From the human T2T-CHM13v2.0 reference genome, Homo sapiens: a DNA stretch of 64,000 nucleotides. Positions 1-13,600 of the stretch are shown here, in pieces. Within the stretch, counting starts at the first letter, position 1; the number at the start of each line of letters is the position of its first letter. The position numbers were made by a program, and so were the translations under genes. The notes under the pieces were generated by a model. That model was not told where the DNA came from, searched no databases, and worked only from the letters and a program-made list of their open reading frames with translations. The stretch is from NCBI RefSeq assembly GCF_009914755.1, contig NC_060948.1. One strand, written 5' to 3'.

Positions 1-3000
1 AACTATGGAATAGCATCAAATGGAATGGAACAGAATAGAGTGGAATGGAATGGAATACACAGGTATAGAACAGACTCGAATGTAATGGATTGCAATGTAA
101 GTGATTCAAAGGGAATGGAATCAAATGGAATATAATCAAATGGAATGGAATGGAGTGCATTGGAATGGAATAAAATGGAATGCAAACAATGGTACAGAAC
201 TCATTTGAATGTAGAGGAATGGAATCGAATGCAATGGAAAAGAATGGAATGGACACGAATGGAATGGATTGGAAACAAATGGAATGGAAAGGATTTTAAT
301 CATACAGAACAAAATAGAATGCAATGGACTCGAATGAAATGGAGTCGAAGAGAATAGTATCAAATGGAAAGGAATGGAATGCAATCGAATCGAATGGAAT
401 GTTAATGAAATTAATTGAAAGGAATAGAATGGAATGAAGTGTAAAGGAAAGATATCGAATTGAATGGAATTGAATGGAATGGACACAAACGGAATGGACT
501 GGAATGGAATGAACTCGAAAGGAATGGAATGGAGCGGAACGGACTCGAGTGCAATGGAATCGAATGGTATAGAATAGAATGGAATGGAATGGAAAGGAAT
601 AGAAGGGAATGGAATCGGATCCAACGGGACAGATTGGAATGGGGTAGAATTGAATAGAATCGAATGGAATGGCATCGAATGTAATGGAATGGAATGGACT
701 CGAATGGAATGGAGTGACATGTAATGGAATCGAAAGGAATGGAATCGAATGAAATGGAATTGAATGGAATAGAAAGGAATAGAATGGAATGGAGTTTAAT
801 GGAAAGATATTAAAAGTAATGGAATGGAATTGAGTGGACACGAATGGAATGGACTGGAATGGAAAGGACTCGAATGAAATGGAGCGCATTAGAATGGACT
901 CGAATGGAATGGATTGGAGTGGAATGGTCTCGAATGGATTGGAAACGAATGGAATGGAAAGGAGTAGAATGGAATGTAATCAAATGGAACGAAATGGAAT
1001 GGAATGGATTCGACTGGAACAGAATTGAATGGAGTGGAATTGATTGGAATGGAATGCAATCGAATGGAATGAACACGAATGGAATAGAATGAAATGAAAT
1101 GGCATAGAATGGAATGGAATGGAATGGAATGGAATGGAATGGAATGGAATGGAAGGGAATGCAATGGCATGGCATGGAATGTGATGGAATGGAATGAAAT
1201 TGATTGGAATGGGATGGGCCCAAAAGTAAAGGACTCAAATAAAAGGGACTCAAATAGAATGAATTGGAAAGAAACGGTCTCGAATGTAATTCATTCGAAT
1301 GGAATGATATTGAATGGAATGCAATAGTATGGAATGGTATCGAATAGAATGGAATAGAATGGAATGGAATGGAACGGAATGGAGTGCATTTGAACGGACT
1401 CAAATGCAATAAATTGCAATATAATTGATTCAAATGGAATGGAATCGAATAGAATGTAAACAAACGGAATGGAAGGCAATGCAATGGAAAGGAATCGAAT
1501 GAAATGGACCCGAGTGGAATGGACTCACATAGAACAGCCTTGAATGTAATGGATGACAATGTATTAGATTCGAAAGGACTGAAATCGAATGGAATGTAAT
1601 CAAATAGAACGGAATTGAATGCATGGAATGGCATAGAAAGTAATGCAATGGAATGGAATAGACTGGAATGGAATGGAATCGGATGGAATGTAATGACATG
1701 TAATGGAAGGAATGCCATGGAATGGAATGGAATGGAATGCAATGGGCCGTTGTATAATGGAGTGCAATGGAATTCAGTGGAATGTAGTCAATAGGAATGA
1801 AATAGAATGGAATTCAATATAAGGGAATGGCATCCAATGGCAAGGAATGGAGTGGACTACAATGGAAACAACATGAAAGTAATATAATATAATGGAATGG
1901 CATTGAACGAAATGGAAAGCAATGGAGTTAAAAGGTAAGATATCGAATGGAAAAGAATTGAATGGACTCGAATGGAATATAACGGAATGGAATGGACTCG
2001 AATGGAATGTACTAGAGTTGAATGGAATCGAATGGAATGGAAAACAATGGAAAGGAAAGGAAGGGAATTGAAAGGAAAGGAATAGAATGGAATGGAATCG
2101 GATAGAATGGAATTGAATGGAATGGAAACTAAAGGAATAGAATAGAAAGGAATGGCATTGAATGGAATGGAATGGAATGGAATCAGATGGAACAGAAAGG
2201 AATGGAATAGAATCGAATGGTATGGCATCGAATGGATTGGAATGGAAAGGAATGGAATGGACTCGAATGGAATGTACTCAAATGGAATAGAATAGAATGG
2301 AATGGAAGTAAATATAATGGACTCGAATGGAATGGATTGGAATAAATTGGAATTGAATGTATTGGATTCGATTGGAAAGGAATGGAATGGAATGGAATGG
2401 ATTCGAATGGAATGGAATCGAATGGAATGGAACGAATTGGAATGTAATTGAATGGCGTCGAAAACAGTAGAAAGAAATGAAGTTTAATCGAATGATATCG
2501 AATGGAATTGAATGGAATGTACGCGAATGGAATGGACTGGAATGGAATGGACTCTATGGGAATGAAGAGGAGTGGAGTGGACTCGAATGTCATGGAGACG
2601 ATTGGAATGGAAAGGAATGCAAAGGAATGGAATGGAATGGAATCTGATGCATCGCAATGGAATGGAATGGGGTCGAATGGAATAGAATCGAAAGGAATGG
2701 CATCCAATGGAATGGAAACGAATTGAATGGAATGGCATGGAATGGAATGGAAAGGAATATAATGGAAAGGAATCGGATGGAACGGAATGGAATGTAATGG
2801 AGTCGAATGGAATAGAATCTAATAGAATTGCATTGATAGGAATGGAATCGAACGGACTCGAAAGGATTGGAGCCTAACAGAAGAGAATCGAACAGAATAG
2901 CATCAAATGGAATGGAAATGAATGGAATGGAATGGAATGGAATGGAATGGAATGGAATGGAATGGAATGGAATGGACACACATGTAATGGACTTGAATGG

Positions 3001-3856
3001 AATGGAATCAAATAGAATGGACGCGAATGGAATGGTCTCGAATGGAATTTATGAAAATAGAATGGAATCGAAATTCATTGAACATTATGGAATGGAATCA
3101 AATGGAATGAAATCGAATGGAAGGAACCGGAATGGAATGTACTGGAATAGAACGGACTCGAATGTTACGGAAAGAAAAGTAAGTGATTCGGATGTCTTTT
3201 AATTGAATGGAATGAAATCAAATGGAATGGAAAGGAATAAAATGGAATGGAATGAAATAGAATGCAATAGAATGGAAGGGAGTGGAGTCGAGTTGAATGG
3301 AATCAAATTGAATGGAATAGAATGGAATAGAATCAAATGGAATGGATTCGAATGCAATGGAACCGAATGGAATGGACTGGAACATAATGGAATCGAAAGG
3401 AATGGAAAGGAATTGAATGCAATGGAAAGCAATGGAATCGAATGTAATGGAGTCGTATGTAGTGGAGTCGAATGGAATGGAATCAAATGGAAGGAAAAGA
3501 ATACAATCGAATGGAATAGAATAGAATGCAACAGAATGAAACGGAGTGGAATCGAGTGGGATGGAATAGAATTGAATGGAATGGAAAGGAATGGAATCGA
3601 ATGGAATGGAATCGAATGGAATGGAACCGAATGGAATGGAATGGAACAAAATGGAATTGAACAGATTAGAATCGAATGGATCCGAATCGAATGGAATGGA
3701 ATATAATGGAATGGAATGGAATGGAATGGAATGGAATGGAATGGACCCAAATGTAATGAACTCTAATGAAATGGACTTTAATAGAATGGATTAGAAAACA
3801 ATGGGCTCGAATGGAATTTAATCAAGTCGAATTTAATGGAATGGAAGGGAATGCAA
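1..3856 (+). repeat. Short HOR unit S1 (3,856 bp; unit phase set arbitrarily by the window start)
   Basis: Anchor-to-anchor interval; carries the deletion junction AATGGAAAGGAATCGAATGAAATGGA|CCCGAG at 1483-1514. Confidence 0.92.
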
Positions 3857-6800
3857 AACTATGGAATAGCATCAAATGGAATGGAACAGAATAGAGTGGA
3901 ATGGAATGGAATACACAGGTATAGAACAGACTCGAATGTAATGGATTGCAATGTAAGTGATTCAAAGGGAATGGAATCAAATGGAATATAATCAAATGGA
4001 ATGGAATGGAGTGCATTGGAATGGAATAAAATGGAATGCAAACAATGGTACAGAACTCATTTGAATGTAGAGGAATGGAATCGAATGCAATGGAAAAGAA
4101 TGGAATGGACACGAATGGAATGGATTGGAAACAAATGGAATGGAAAGGATTTTAATCATACAGAACAAAATAGAATGCAATGGACTCGAATGAAATGGAG
4201 TCGAAGAGAATAGTATCAAATGGAAAGGAATGGAATGCAATCGAATCGAATGGAATGTTAATGAAATTAATTGAAAGGAATAGAATGGAATGAAGTGTAA
4301 CGGAAAGATATCGAATTGAATGGAATTGAATGGAATGGACACAAACGGAATGGACTGGAATGGAATGAACTCGAAAGGAATGGAATGGAGCGGAACGGAC
4401 TCGAGTGCAATGGAATCGAATGGTATAGAATAGAATGGAATGGAATGGAAAGGAATAGAAGGGAATGGAATCGGATCCAACGGGACAGATTGGAATGGGG
4501 TAGAATTGAATAGAATCGAATGGAATGGCATCGAATGTAATGGAATGGAATGGACTCGAATGGAATGGAGTGACATGTAATGGAATCGAAAGGAATGGAA
4601 TCGAATGAAATGGAATTGAATGGAATAGAAAGGAATAGAATGGAATGGAGTTTAATGGAAAGATATTAAAAGTAATGGAATGGAATTGAGTGGACACGAA
4701 TGGAATGGACTGGAATGGAAAGGACTCGAATGAAATGGAGCGCATTAGAATGGACTCGAATGGAATGGATTGGAGTGGAATGGTCTCGAATGGATTGGAA
4801 ACGAATGGAATGGAAAGGAGTAGAATGGAATGTAATCAAATGGAACGAAATGGAATGGAATGGATTCGACTGGAACAGAATTGAATGGAGTGGAATTGAT
4901 TGGAATGGAATGCAATCGAATGGAATGAACACGAATGGAATAGAATGAAATGAAATGGCATAGAATGGAATGGAATGGAATGGAATGGAATGGAATGGAA
5001 TGGAATGGAATGGAATGGAATGGCATGGCATGGAACGTGATGGAATGGAATGAAATTGATTGGAATGGGATGGGCCCAAAAGTAAAGGACTCAAATAAAA
5101 GGGACTCAAATAGAATGAATTGGAAAGAAACGGTCTCGAATGTAATTCATTCGAATGGAATGATATTGAATGGAATGCAATAGTATGGAATGGTATCGAA
5201 TAGAATGGAATAGAATGGAATGGAATGGAACGGAATGGAGTGCATTTGAACGGACTCAAATGCAATAAATTGCAATATAATTGATTCAAATGGAATGGAA
5301 TCGAATAGAATGTAAACAAACGGAATGGAAGGCAATGCAATGGAAAGGAATCGAATGAAATGGACCCGAGTGGAATGGACTCACATAGAACAGCCTTGAG
5401 TGTAATGGATGACAATGTATTAGATTCGAAAGGACTGAAATCGAATGGAATGTAATCAAATAGAACGGAATTGAATGCATGGAATGGCATAGAAAGTAAT
5501 GCAATGGAATGGAATAGACTGGAATGGAATGGAATCGGATGGAATGTAATGAAATGTAATGGAAGGAATGCCATGGAATGGAATGGAATGGAATGCAATG
5601 GGCCGGTGTATAATGGAGTGCAATGGAATTCAGTGGAATGTAGTCAATAGGAATGAAATAGAATGGAATTCAATATAAGGGAATGGCATCCAATGGCAAG
5701 GAATGGAGTGGACTCCAATGGAAACAACATGAAAGGAATATAATATAATGGAATGGCATTGAACGAAATGGAAAGCAATGGAGTTAAAAGGTAAGATATC
5801 GAATGGAAAAGAATTGAATGGACTCGAATGGAATATAACGGAATGGAATGGACTCGAATGGAATGTACTAGAGTTGAATGGAATCGAATGGAATGGAAAA
5901 CAGTGGAAAGGAAAGGAAGGGAATTGAAAGGAAAGGAATAGAATGGAATGGAATCGGATAGAATGGAATTGAATGGAATGGAAACTAAAGGAATAGAATA
6001 GAAAGGAATGGCATTGAATGGAATGGAATGGAATGGAATCAGATGGAACAGAAAGGAATGGAATAGAATCGAATGGTATGGCATCGAATGGATTGGAATG
6101 GAAAGGAATGGAATGAACTCGAATGGAATGTACTCAAATGGAATAGAATAGAATGGAATGGAAGTAAATATAATGGACTCGAATGGAATGGATTGGAATA
6201 AATTGGAATTGAATGTATTGGATTCGATTGGAAAGGAATGGAATGGAATGGAATGGATTCGAATGGAATGGAATCGAATGGAATGGAACGAATTGGAATG
6301 TAATTGAATGGCGTCGAAAACAGTAGAAAGAAATGAAGTTTAATCGAATGATATCGAATGGAATTGAATGGAATGTACGCGAATGGAATGGACTGGAATG
6401 GAATGGACTCTATGGGAATGAAGACGAGTGGAGTGGACTCGAATGTCATGGAGACGATTGGAATGGAAAGGAATGCAAAGGAATGGAATGGAATGGAATC
6501 TGATGCATCGCAATGGAATGGAATGGGGTCGAATGGAATAGAATCGAAAGGAATGGCATCCAATGGAATGGAAACGAATTGAATGGAATGGCATGGAATG
6601 GAATGGAAAGGAATATAATGGAAAGGAATCGGATGGAACGGAATGGAATGGAATGGAGTCGAATGGAATAGAATCTAATAGAATTGCATTGATAGGAATG
6701 GAATCGAACGGACTCGAAAGGATTGGAGCCTAACAGAAGAGAATCGAACAGAATAGCATCAAATGGAATGGAAATGAATGGAATGGAATGGAATGGAATG

Positions 6801-7667
6801 GAATGGAATGGAATGGACACACATGTAATGGACTTGAATGGAATGGAATCAAATAGAATGGACGCGAATGGAATGGTCTCGAATGGAATTTATGAAAATA
6901 GAATGGAATCGAAATTCATTGAACATTATGGAATGGAATCAAATGGAATGAAATCGAATGGAAGGAACCGGAATGGAATGTACTGGAATAGAACGGACTC
7001 GAATGTTACGGAAAGAAAAGTAAGTGATTCGGATGTCTTTTAATTGAATGGAATGAAATCAAATGGAATGGAAAGGAATAAAATGGAATGGAATGAAATA
7101 GAATGCAATAGAATGGAAGGGAGTGGAGTCGAGTTGAATGGAATCGAATTGAATGGAATAGAATGGAATAGAATCAAATGGAATGGATTCGAATGCAATG
7201 GAACCGAATGGAATGGACTGGAACATAATGGAATCGAAAGGAATGGAAAGGAATTGAATGCAATGGAAAGCAATGGAATCGAATGTAATGGAGTCGTATG
7301 TAGTGGAGTCGAATGGAATGGAATCAAATGGAAGGAAAAGAATACAATCGAATGGAATAGAATAGAATACAACAGAATGAAACGGAGTGGAATCGAGTGG
7401 GATGGAATAGAATTCAATGGAATGGAAAGGAATGGAATCGAATGGAATGGAATCGAATGGAATGGAACCGAACAAAATGGAATTGAACAGATTAGAATCG
7501 AATGGATCCGAATCGAATGGAATGGAATATAAGGGAATGGAATGGAATGGAATGGACCCAAATGTAATGAACTCTAATGAAATGGACTTTAATAGAATGG
7601 ATTAGAAAACAATGGGCTCGAATGGAATTTAATCAAGTCGAATTTAATGGAATGGAATGGAATGCAA
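3857..7667 (+). repeat. Short HOR unit S2 (3,811 bp)
   Basis: Near-identical to S1 at offset 3856; same junction at 5339-5370; 45 bp shorter through pentamer-multiple deletions. Confidence 0.92.
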
Positions 7668-10600
7668 AACTATGGAATAGCATCAAATGGAATGGAACAG
7701 AATAGAGTGGAATGGAATGGAATACACAGGTATAGAACAGACTCGAATGTAATGGATTGCAATGTAAGTGATTCAAAGGGAATGGAATCAAATGGAATAT
7801 AATCAAATGGAATGGAATGGAGTGCATTGGAATGGAATAAAATGGAATGCAAACAATGGTACAGAACTCATTTGAATCTAGAGGAATGGAATCGAATGCA
7901 ATGGAAAAGAATGGAATGGACACGAATGGAATGGATTGGAAACAAATGGAATGGAAAGGATTTTAATCATACAGAACAAAATAGAATGCAATGGACTCGA
8001 ATGAAATGGAGTCGAAGAGAATAGTATCAAATGGAAAGGAATGGAATGCAATCGAATCGAATGGAATGTTAATGAAATTAATTGAAAGGAATAGAATGGA
8101 ATGAAGTGTAACGGAAAGATATCGAATTGAATGGAATTGAATGGAATGGACACAAACGGAATGGACTGGAATGGAATGAACTCGAAAGGAATGGAATGGA
8201 GCGGAACGGACTCGAGTGCAATGGAATCGAATGGTATAGAATAGAATGGAATGGAATGGAAAGGAATAGAAAGGAATGGAATCGGATCCAACGGTACAGA
8301 TTGGAATGGGGTAGAATTGAATAGAATCGAATGGAATGGCATCGAATGTAATGGAATGGAATGGACTCGAATGGAATGGAGTGACATGTAATGGAATCGA
8401 AAGGAATGGAATCGAATGAAATGGAATTGAATGGAATAGAAAGGAATAGAATGGAATGGAGTTTAATGGAAAGATATTAAAAGTAATGGAATGGAATTGA
8501 GTGGACACGAATGGAATGGACTGGAATGGAAAGGACTCGAATGAAAAGGAACGCATTAGAATGGACTCGAATGGAATGGATTGGAGTGGAATGGTCTCGA
8601 ATGGATTGGAAACGAATGGAATGGAAAGGAGCAGAATGGAATGTAATCAAATGGAACGAAATGGAATGGAATGGATTCGACTGGAACAGAATTGAATGGA
8701 GTGGAATTGATTGGAATGGAATGCAATCGAATGGAATGAACACGAATGGAATAGAATGAAATGAAATGGCATAGAATGGAATGGCATGGAATGGAATGTA
8801 ATGGAATGGAATGGAATGGAATGGAATGGCATGGCATGGAATGTGATGGAATGGAATGAAATTGATTGGAATGGGATGGGCCCAAAAGTAAAGGACTCAA
8901 ATAAAAGGGACTCAAATAGAATGAATTGGAAAGAAACGGTCTCGAATGTAATTCATTCGAATGGAATGATATTGAATGGAATGCAATAGTATGGAATGGT
9001 ATCGAATAGAATGGAATAGAATGGAATGGAATGGAACGGAATGGAGTGCATTTGAACGGACTCAAATGCAATAAATTGCAATATAATTGATTCAAATGGA
9101 ATGGAATCGAATAGAATGTAAACAAACGGAATGGAAGGCAATGCAATGGAAAGGAATCGAATGAAATGGAATAAATGGAATGGAATCGAAGGGAAAGGAC
9201 GCGAATATAATGGACTGTTAAGGAAAGGTCTCGAATCGAATTTATTCCAATAGTATGGAATCGAATGGAATGCAATACTATTGAATCGAATCGAATGGAA
9301 TGGAATTTAATGGAATAGACAGGAATGGAATGAACTGGAAGTGAATGGACAAGAACGTAATATATTGCAATGTAATTTATTCAAATGGAATGAAATGCAA
9401 TCGAATGGAATGGACTCGATTGGAATGGACCGGAGTGGAATGGACTCAAATGGCATGGAAACGAATGTAATGGAATGGAACTGAAAGCAAAGGAATCTAC
9501 TGGAATAGAATCGAACGGAACAGAAACGAATGAAATGGAATGGAGTGGAATGGACTCGAAAGGAATGTATTCGAATGTAATGGACCAGAAAGGAATGGAA
9601 TCCAATGGAATGGAATTGAAAGGAATCAAGAGGAATAGAATGGAATAGAGTGTAATTAAATGATATCGAATGGAAGGGAATGGAATGAAATCGAATGGAA
9701 TGCACTGGAATGGAATGGACTCGATCAGAACGGACTGGAGAGGCATGTACACAAATGAAATGGAAACGAATGGAATGGAATGAAATGGAATGGAAATGGA
9801 ATTGAAAGGAACGGAATGGAATGGAATGGAATGGAATGGAATGGAATGGAATGGATTGGAATAGAATGGAATGGATTGGAATAGAATGGATTCAAATAAA
9901 ATAGAATCGATTGGAATGGTATTGAATGGAAGGGACTTGAATGGAATGGAAAGCAATGGAAGATATTGGAATCGAATAGCATCGAATGAAATGGAATGGA
10001 ACGGAATGGAACGGACCCGAATGGAATGGAAAGGAATGGACTCAAATGTAATGGACTCGAAAGGAATCGACTGAAATATAATAGACTCGAAAAGAATGGC
10101 CTCGAGCGGAATTTATTTGAATAGAATGGAATCAAATGGAATACAATAGTATTGAATGGAACAGAATGGAATGGAATCGAATGGAATGTAATCAAATGGA
10201 ATGGAACGGAATTCAATATAGTGGAATAGAATGGAATGCATTGGAAAGGAGCAGAGTGGAATCAGTGGAATGGAATCGAGTGGAATGGAATCAAAGGGAA
10301 CGAAATCGAATTGAATGGACTTGAATGGAATTGACTCGAAAGGAATTGACTCGAAAGGAATGGACTGGAACAAAAAGGAATCAAATGGACAGGAATGGAA
10401 GGGACTCGAATGGAATGGAGTCAAATGCAAACGCATCGAATGGAATGGATTCAAATGGAATGCAATTGAATGGAATAGAAAGGAAGAGAATGGAATTGAG
10501 AGTAATGGAAAGATATGGATTGGAATGAAATGGAATGGAAAGGAATTGAATGGAAAGGAATGGACTCGGAAGAAATGGATTGGAATGGAATGGTCTCCAA

Positions 10601-13600
10601 TGGAATGGACTGGAGTGGAACGGAATCGAATGGAATGAAAAGAATGGAACGGAATGGAACGGAAAGGAATAGAATGTTATGGAATCCGATTGGACAGAAT
10701 GGAATGGAATGGAGTTTCATGAAATGAAGTCGAATAGAGTGGCATCAAAAGGAATGTAATGGAACGGAGTGGACTCCAAAGGAATGGACTCGAAAGGAAT
10801 GGAGACGAACCAAATTGAATCCAATGGATTGGAGTCGAACAGAATGGAATGGAATGGAATGAACTCGACTGGAGTAGAGAGGAATGTAAAGGAATAGAAT
10901 GGAATGTAATCAAATGGATTGCAACTGAATGGAATCAAAAATAATAGAAAGGAATGGAGTGTAAAGGGATGATATTGAATATAATGGAATGGAATGGAAT
11001 TCAATGGAATGGAGTCGAAGGAATGGACAGGAATGTAATGGACTCCAATGGAATGGAATGGATGAAAATGGATTTGAACAGATTGGAATCGAACGGAATG
11101 GAATGCAATGGAATGGAATGGACTCGAATGGAGAAGAGACAAAGGGAATGGAAACGAATTCAATGGAATTGAAAAGAATGGAATGGAATGGCGTGTAATG
11201 GTAAGATACTAAATGGAATGGAATTGAATGGAATGTAGTGGAATGGACCCAAATGCAATGCCCTCGAATGGAATATACTCAAATGGAATGGAATCAAAAG
11301 GAAAGGTCTCAAATGGAATTTATTCAATACAATGGAATCGAATGGAATGCAATAGAATGGAATGGAATCGAATGTAATGGAATCAAATAGAATGGACCAG
11401 AATGGAATGGACTGCCATAGAACGGACTGCAGTGTAATGGATTGAATTCTAATTCATTCAAATGGAATGGAATGGAGTGGAATGGAATCGAATGGAATGG
11501 ATAGGATTGTACTGGATTGGAATAGAATGGAATGCAACGGAGTGGAATGGAGTTGAATGAAGTGGAATGGAATCGATTGGAATGGAATCAAATGGAATGG
11601 ACGGGAATGGAATGGATTAGAAGAGCACAGACTCGAATATAATGGATTGCAATGTAATTGATTCAAATGGAATGGAATCGAATGGAATGTTATAAAATTG
11701 AAGGGATTGGAGTTCAATGCAATGGAAAAGAATGGAATGCAAAGGAATGGAAAGGAACGGAGTGAAATCGAGTGTAATGGAATCGAATGGAATGAAATCG
11801 AATGGAATGGACTCAAAAGAAATGGACGAGGGACAAAACGGAATCGAACTGATTGGAATGGAACGGAACGGAAAGGAATGGAATGTTCTCCATTGGATGG
11901 GAGTAGAACGGATTGGAATGGAATGGAATGAAATGGAATGGAAAGGAATAGAATGGAATGGAATGGAATGGAAGGTAATGGAAAGATATCGAACGGATTG
12001 GAAAGGAATGCAATGGACCCTAATGGAATGGAATGGAATTCAACAGAAACGAATGGAATGGACTGGAGTGAAATGGAGTCGAATGTAATTGACTGGAGTG
12101 GAATGGACTCGAAAGGAATGGACTCGAATAGAATGGACTGGAATGGAATGTACTCGAATGGAGTGGAAAGGAATAAATTGGATTCCACCAGATTGGAATG
12201 GAACAGACTGAAATGGAATGGAATGGAATGCAATGGAACGGCTCGACTGGAATGGAGTCGAATGCAATGGAATAGAAAGGAAAGGAATTGAATGGAATTG
12301 AAAGTAATAGAATTAAATGGAGTGCAAAGAAAAGATATCGAATGGAATGGATCGAAAAGAAATAGAATGGAATGGACAGGAATGGAATGGAATAGAATGG
12401 AATAGACTGGCGTGCAATGAAAACGAATGGAATGGAATGGAAAGGAATGGAGTACAATAAATACTATCGAATGGAATGGAATGGAATGGAATGGAATGGA
12501 ATGGAATGGAATGGAATGGAGGCGAAAGGAAAAGAATGGATTGGAATGTCACCGAATGGAAAGATATGGAATGGAAAGGAGTGGATACGAATGGAATGGA
12601 ATAGAAAGGAACGGAAAGGTAAAGAATGGAATGGAATCGGATAGAATGGAATGCAATGTAATGGAGTCGAATGGAAAATAATCGAGTAGAATGATATCGA
12701 ATGGAATGGAATTTAATGGAATGGAATGGAATGGAACGGACTCGAATGGAATGAACTCAAATGGATTAGAATAGAATGGAATGGAACTAAACGTAATGAA
12801 CTCGAATGGAATGGACACAAATAGAATGGAAGGGAAAGGAATGGGATTGAATGCAATTTATTGGAATAGAATGGAATTCAATGGAATGCAACATTGTGGC
12901 ATGGAATCAAATGGAAAGGAATCGAATGAAATGGACCCGAGTGGAATGGACTCACATAGAACAGCCTTGAGTGTAATGGATGACAATGTATTAGATTCGA
13001 AAGGACTGAAATCGAATGGAATGTAATCAAATAGAACGGAATTGAATGCATGGAATGGCATAGAAAGTAATGCAATGGAATGGAATAGACTGGAATGGAA
13101 TGGAATCGGATGGAATGTAATGAAATGTAATGGAAGGAATGCCATGGAATGGAATGGAATGGAATGCAATGGGCCGGTGTATAATGGAGTGCAATGGAAT
13201 TCAGTGGAATGTAGTCAATAGGAATGAAATAGAATGGAATTCAATATAAGGGAATGGCATCCAATGGCAAGGAATGGAGTGGACTCCAATGGAAACAACA
13301 TGAAAGGAATATAATATAATGGAATGGCATTGAACGAAATGGAAAGCAATGGAGTTAAAAGGTAAGATATCGAATGGAAAAGAATTGAATGGACTCGAAT
13401 GGAATATAACGGAATGGAATGGACTCGAATGGAATGTACTAGAGTTGAATGGAATCGAATGGAATGGAAAACAGTGGAAAGGAAAGGAAGGGAATTGAAA
13501 GGAAAGGAATAGAATGGAATGGAATCGGATAGAATGGAATTGAATGGAATGGAAACTAAAGGAATAGAATAGAAAGGAATGGCATTGAATGGAATGGAAT

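Noticed and set aside
3203-3706. Poly-(WNGME)-like peptides resembling the pentapeptide-repeat product described for the SCA31 (TGGAA)n expansion
   Set aside because: The resemblance follows automatically from the shared pentamer. There is no promoter, splice or translation evidence, and this is a diverged satellite rather than a pure intronic expansion.
1-7667. Identification as Y-chromosome DYZ1 (~3.6-kb HSat3 unit)
   Set aside because: Units here are 3.81-3.86 kb and are deletion derivatives of a 7.6-kb unit. The length and organisation do not fit, and chromosome assignment needs an alignment I cannot run.
544-11432. Short palindromes (CTCGAG, GGATCC, GGGCCC, CTGCAG, GATATC) and AATAAA hexamers as regulatory or poly(A) sites
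   Set aside because: They arise readily by point mutation of pentamers and are copied passively with the HOR. Without gene context they are useful only as restriction markers.
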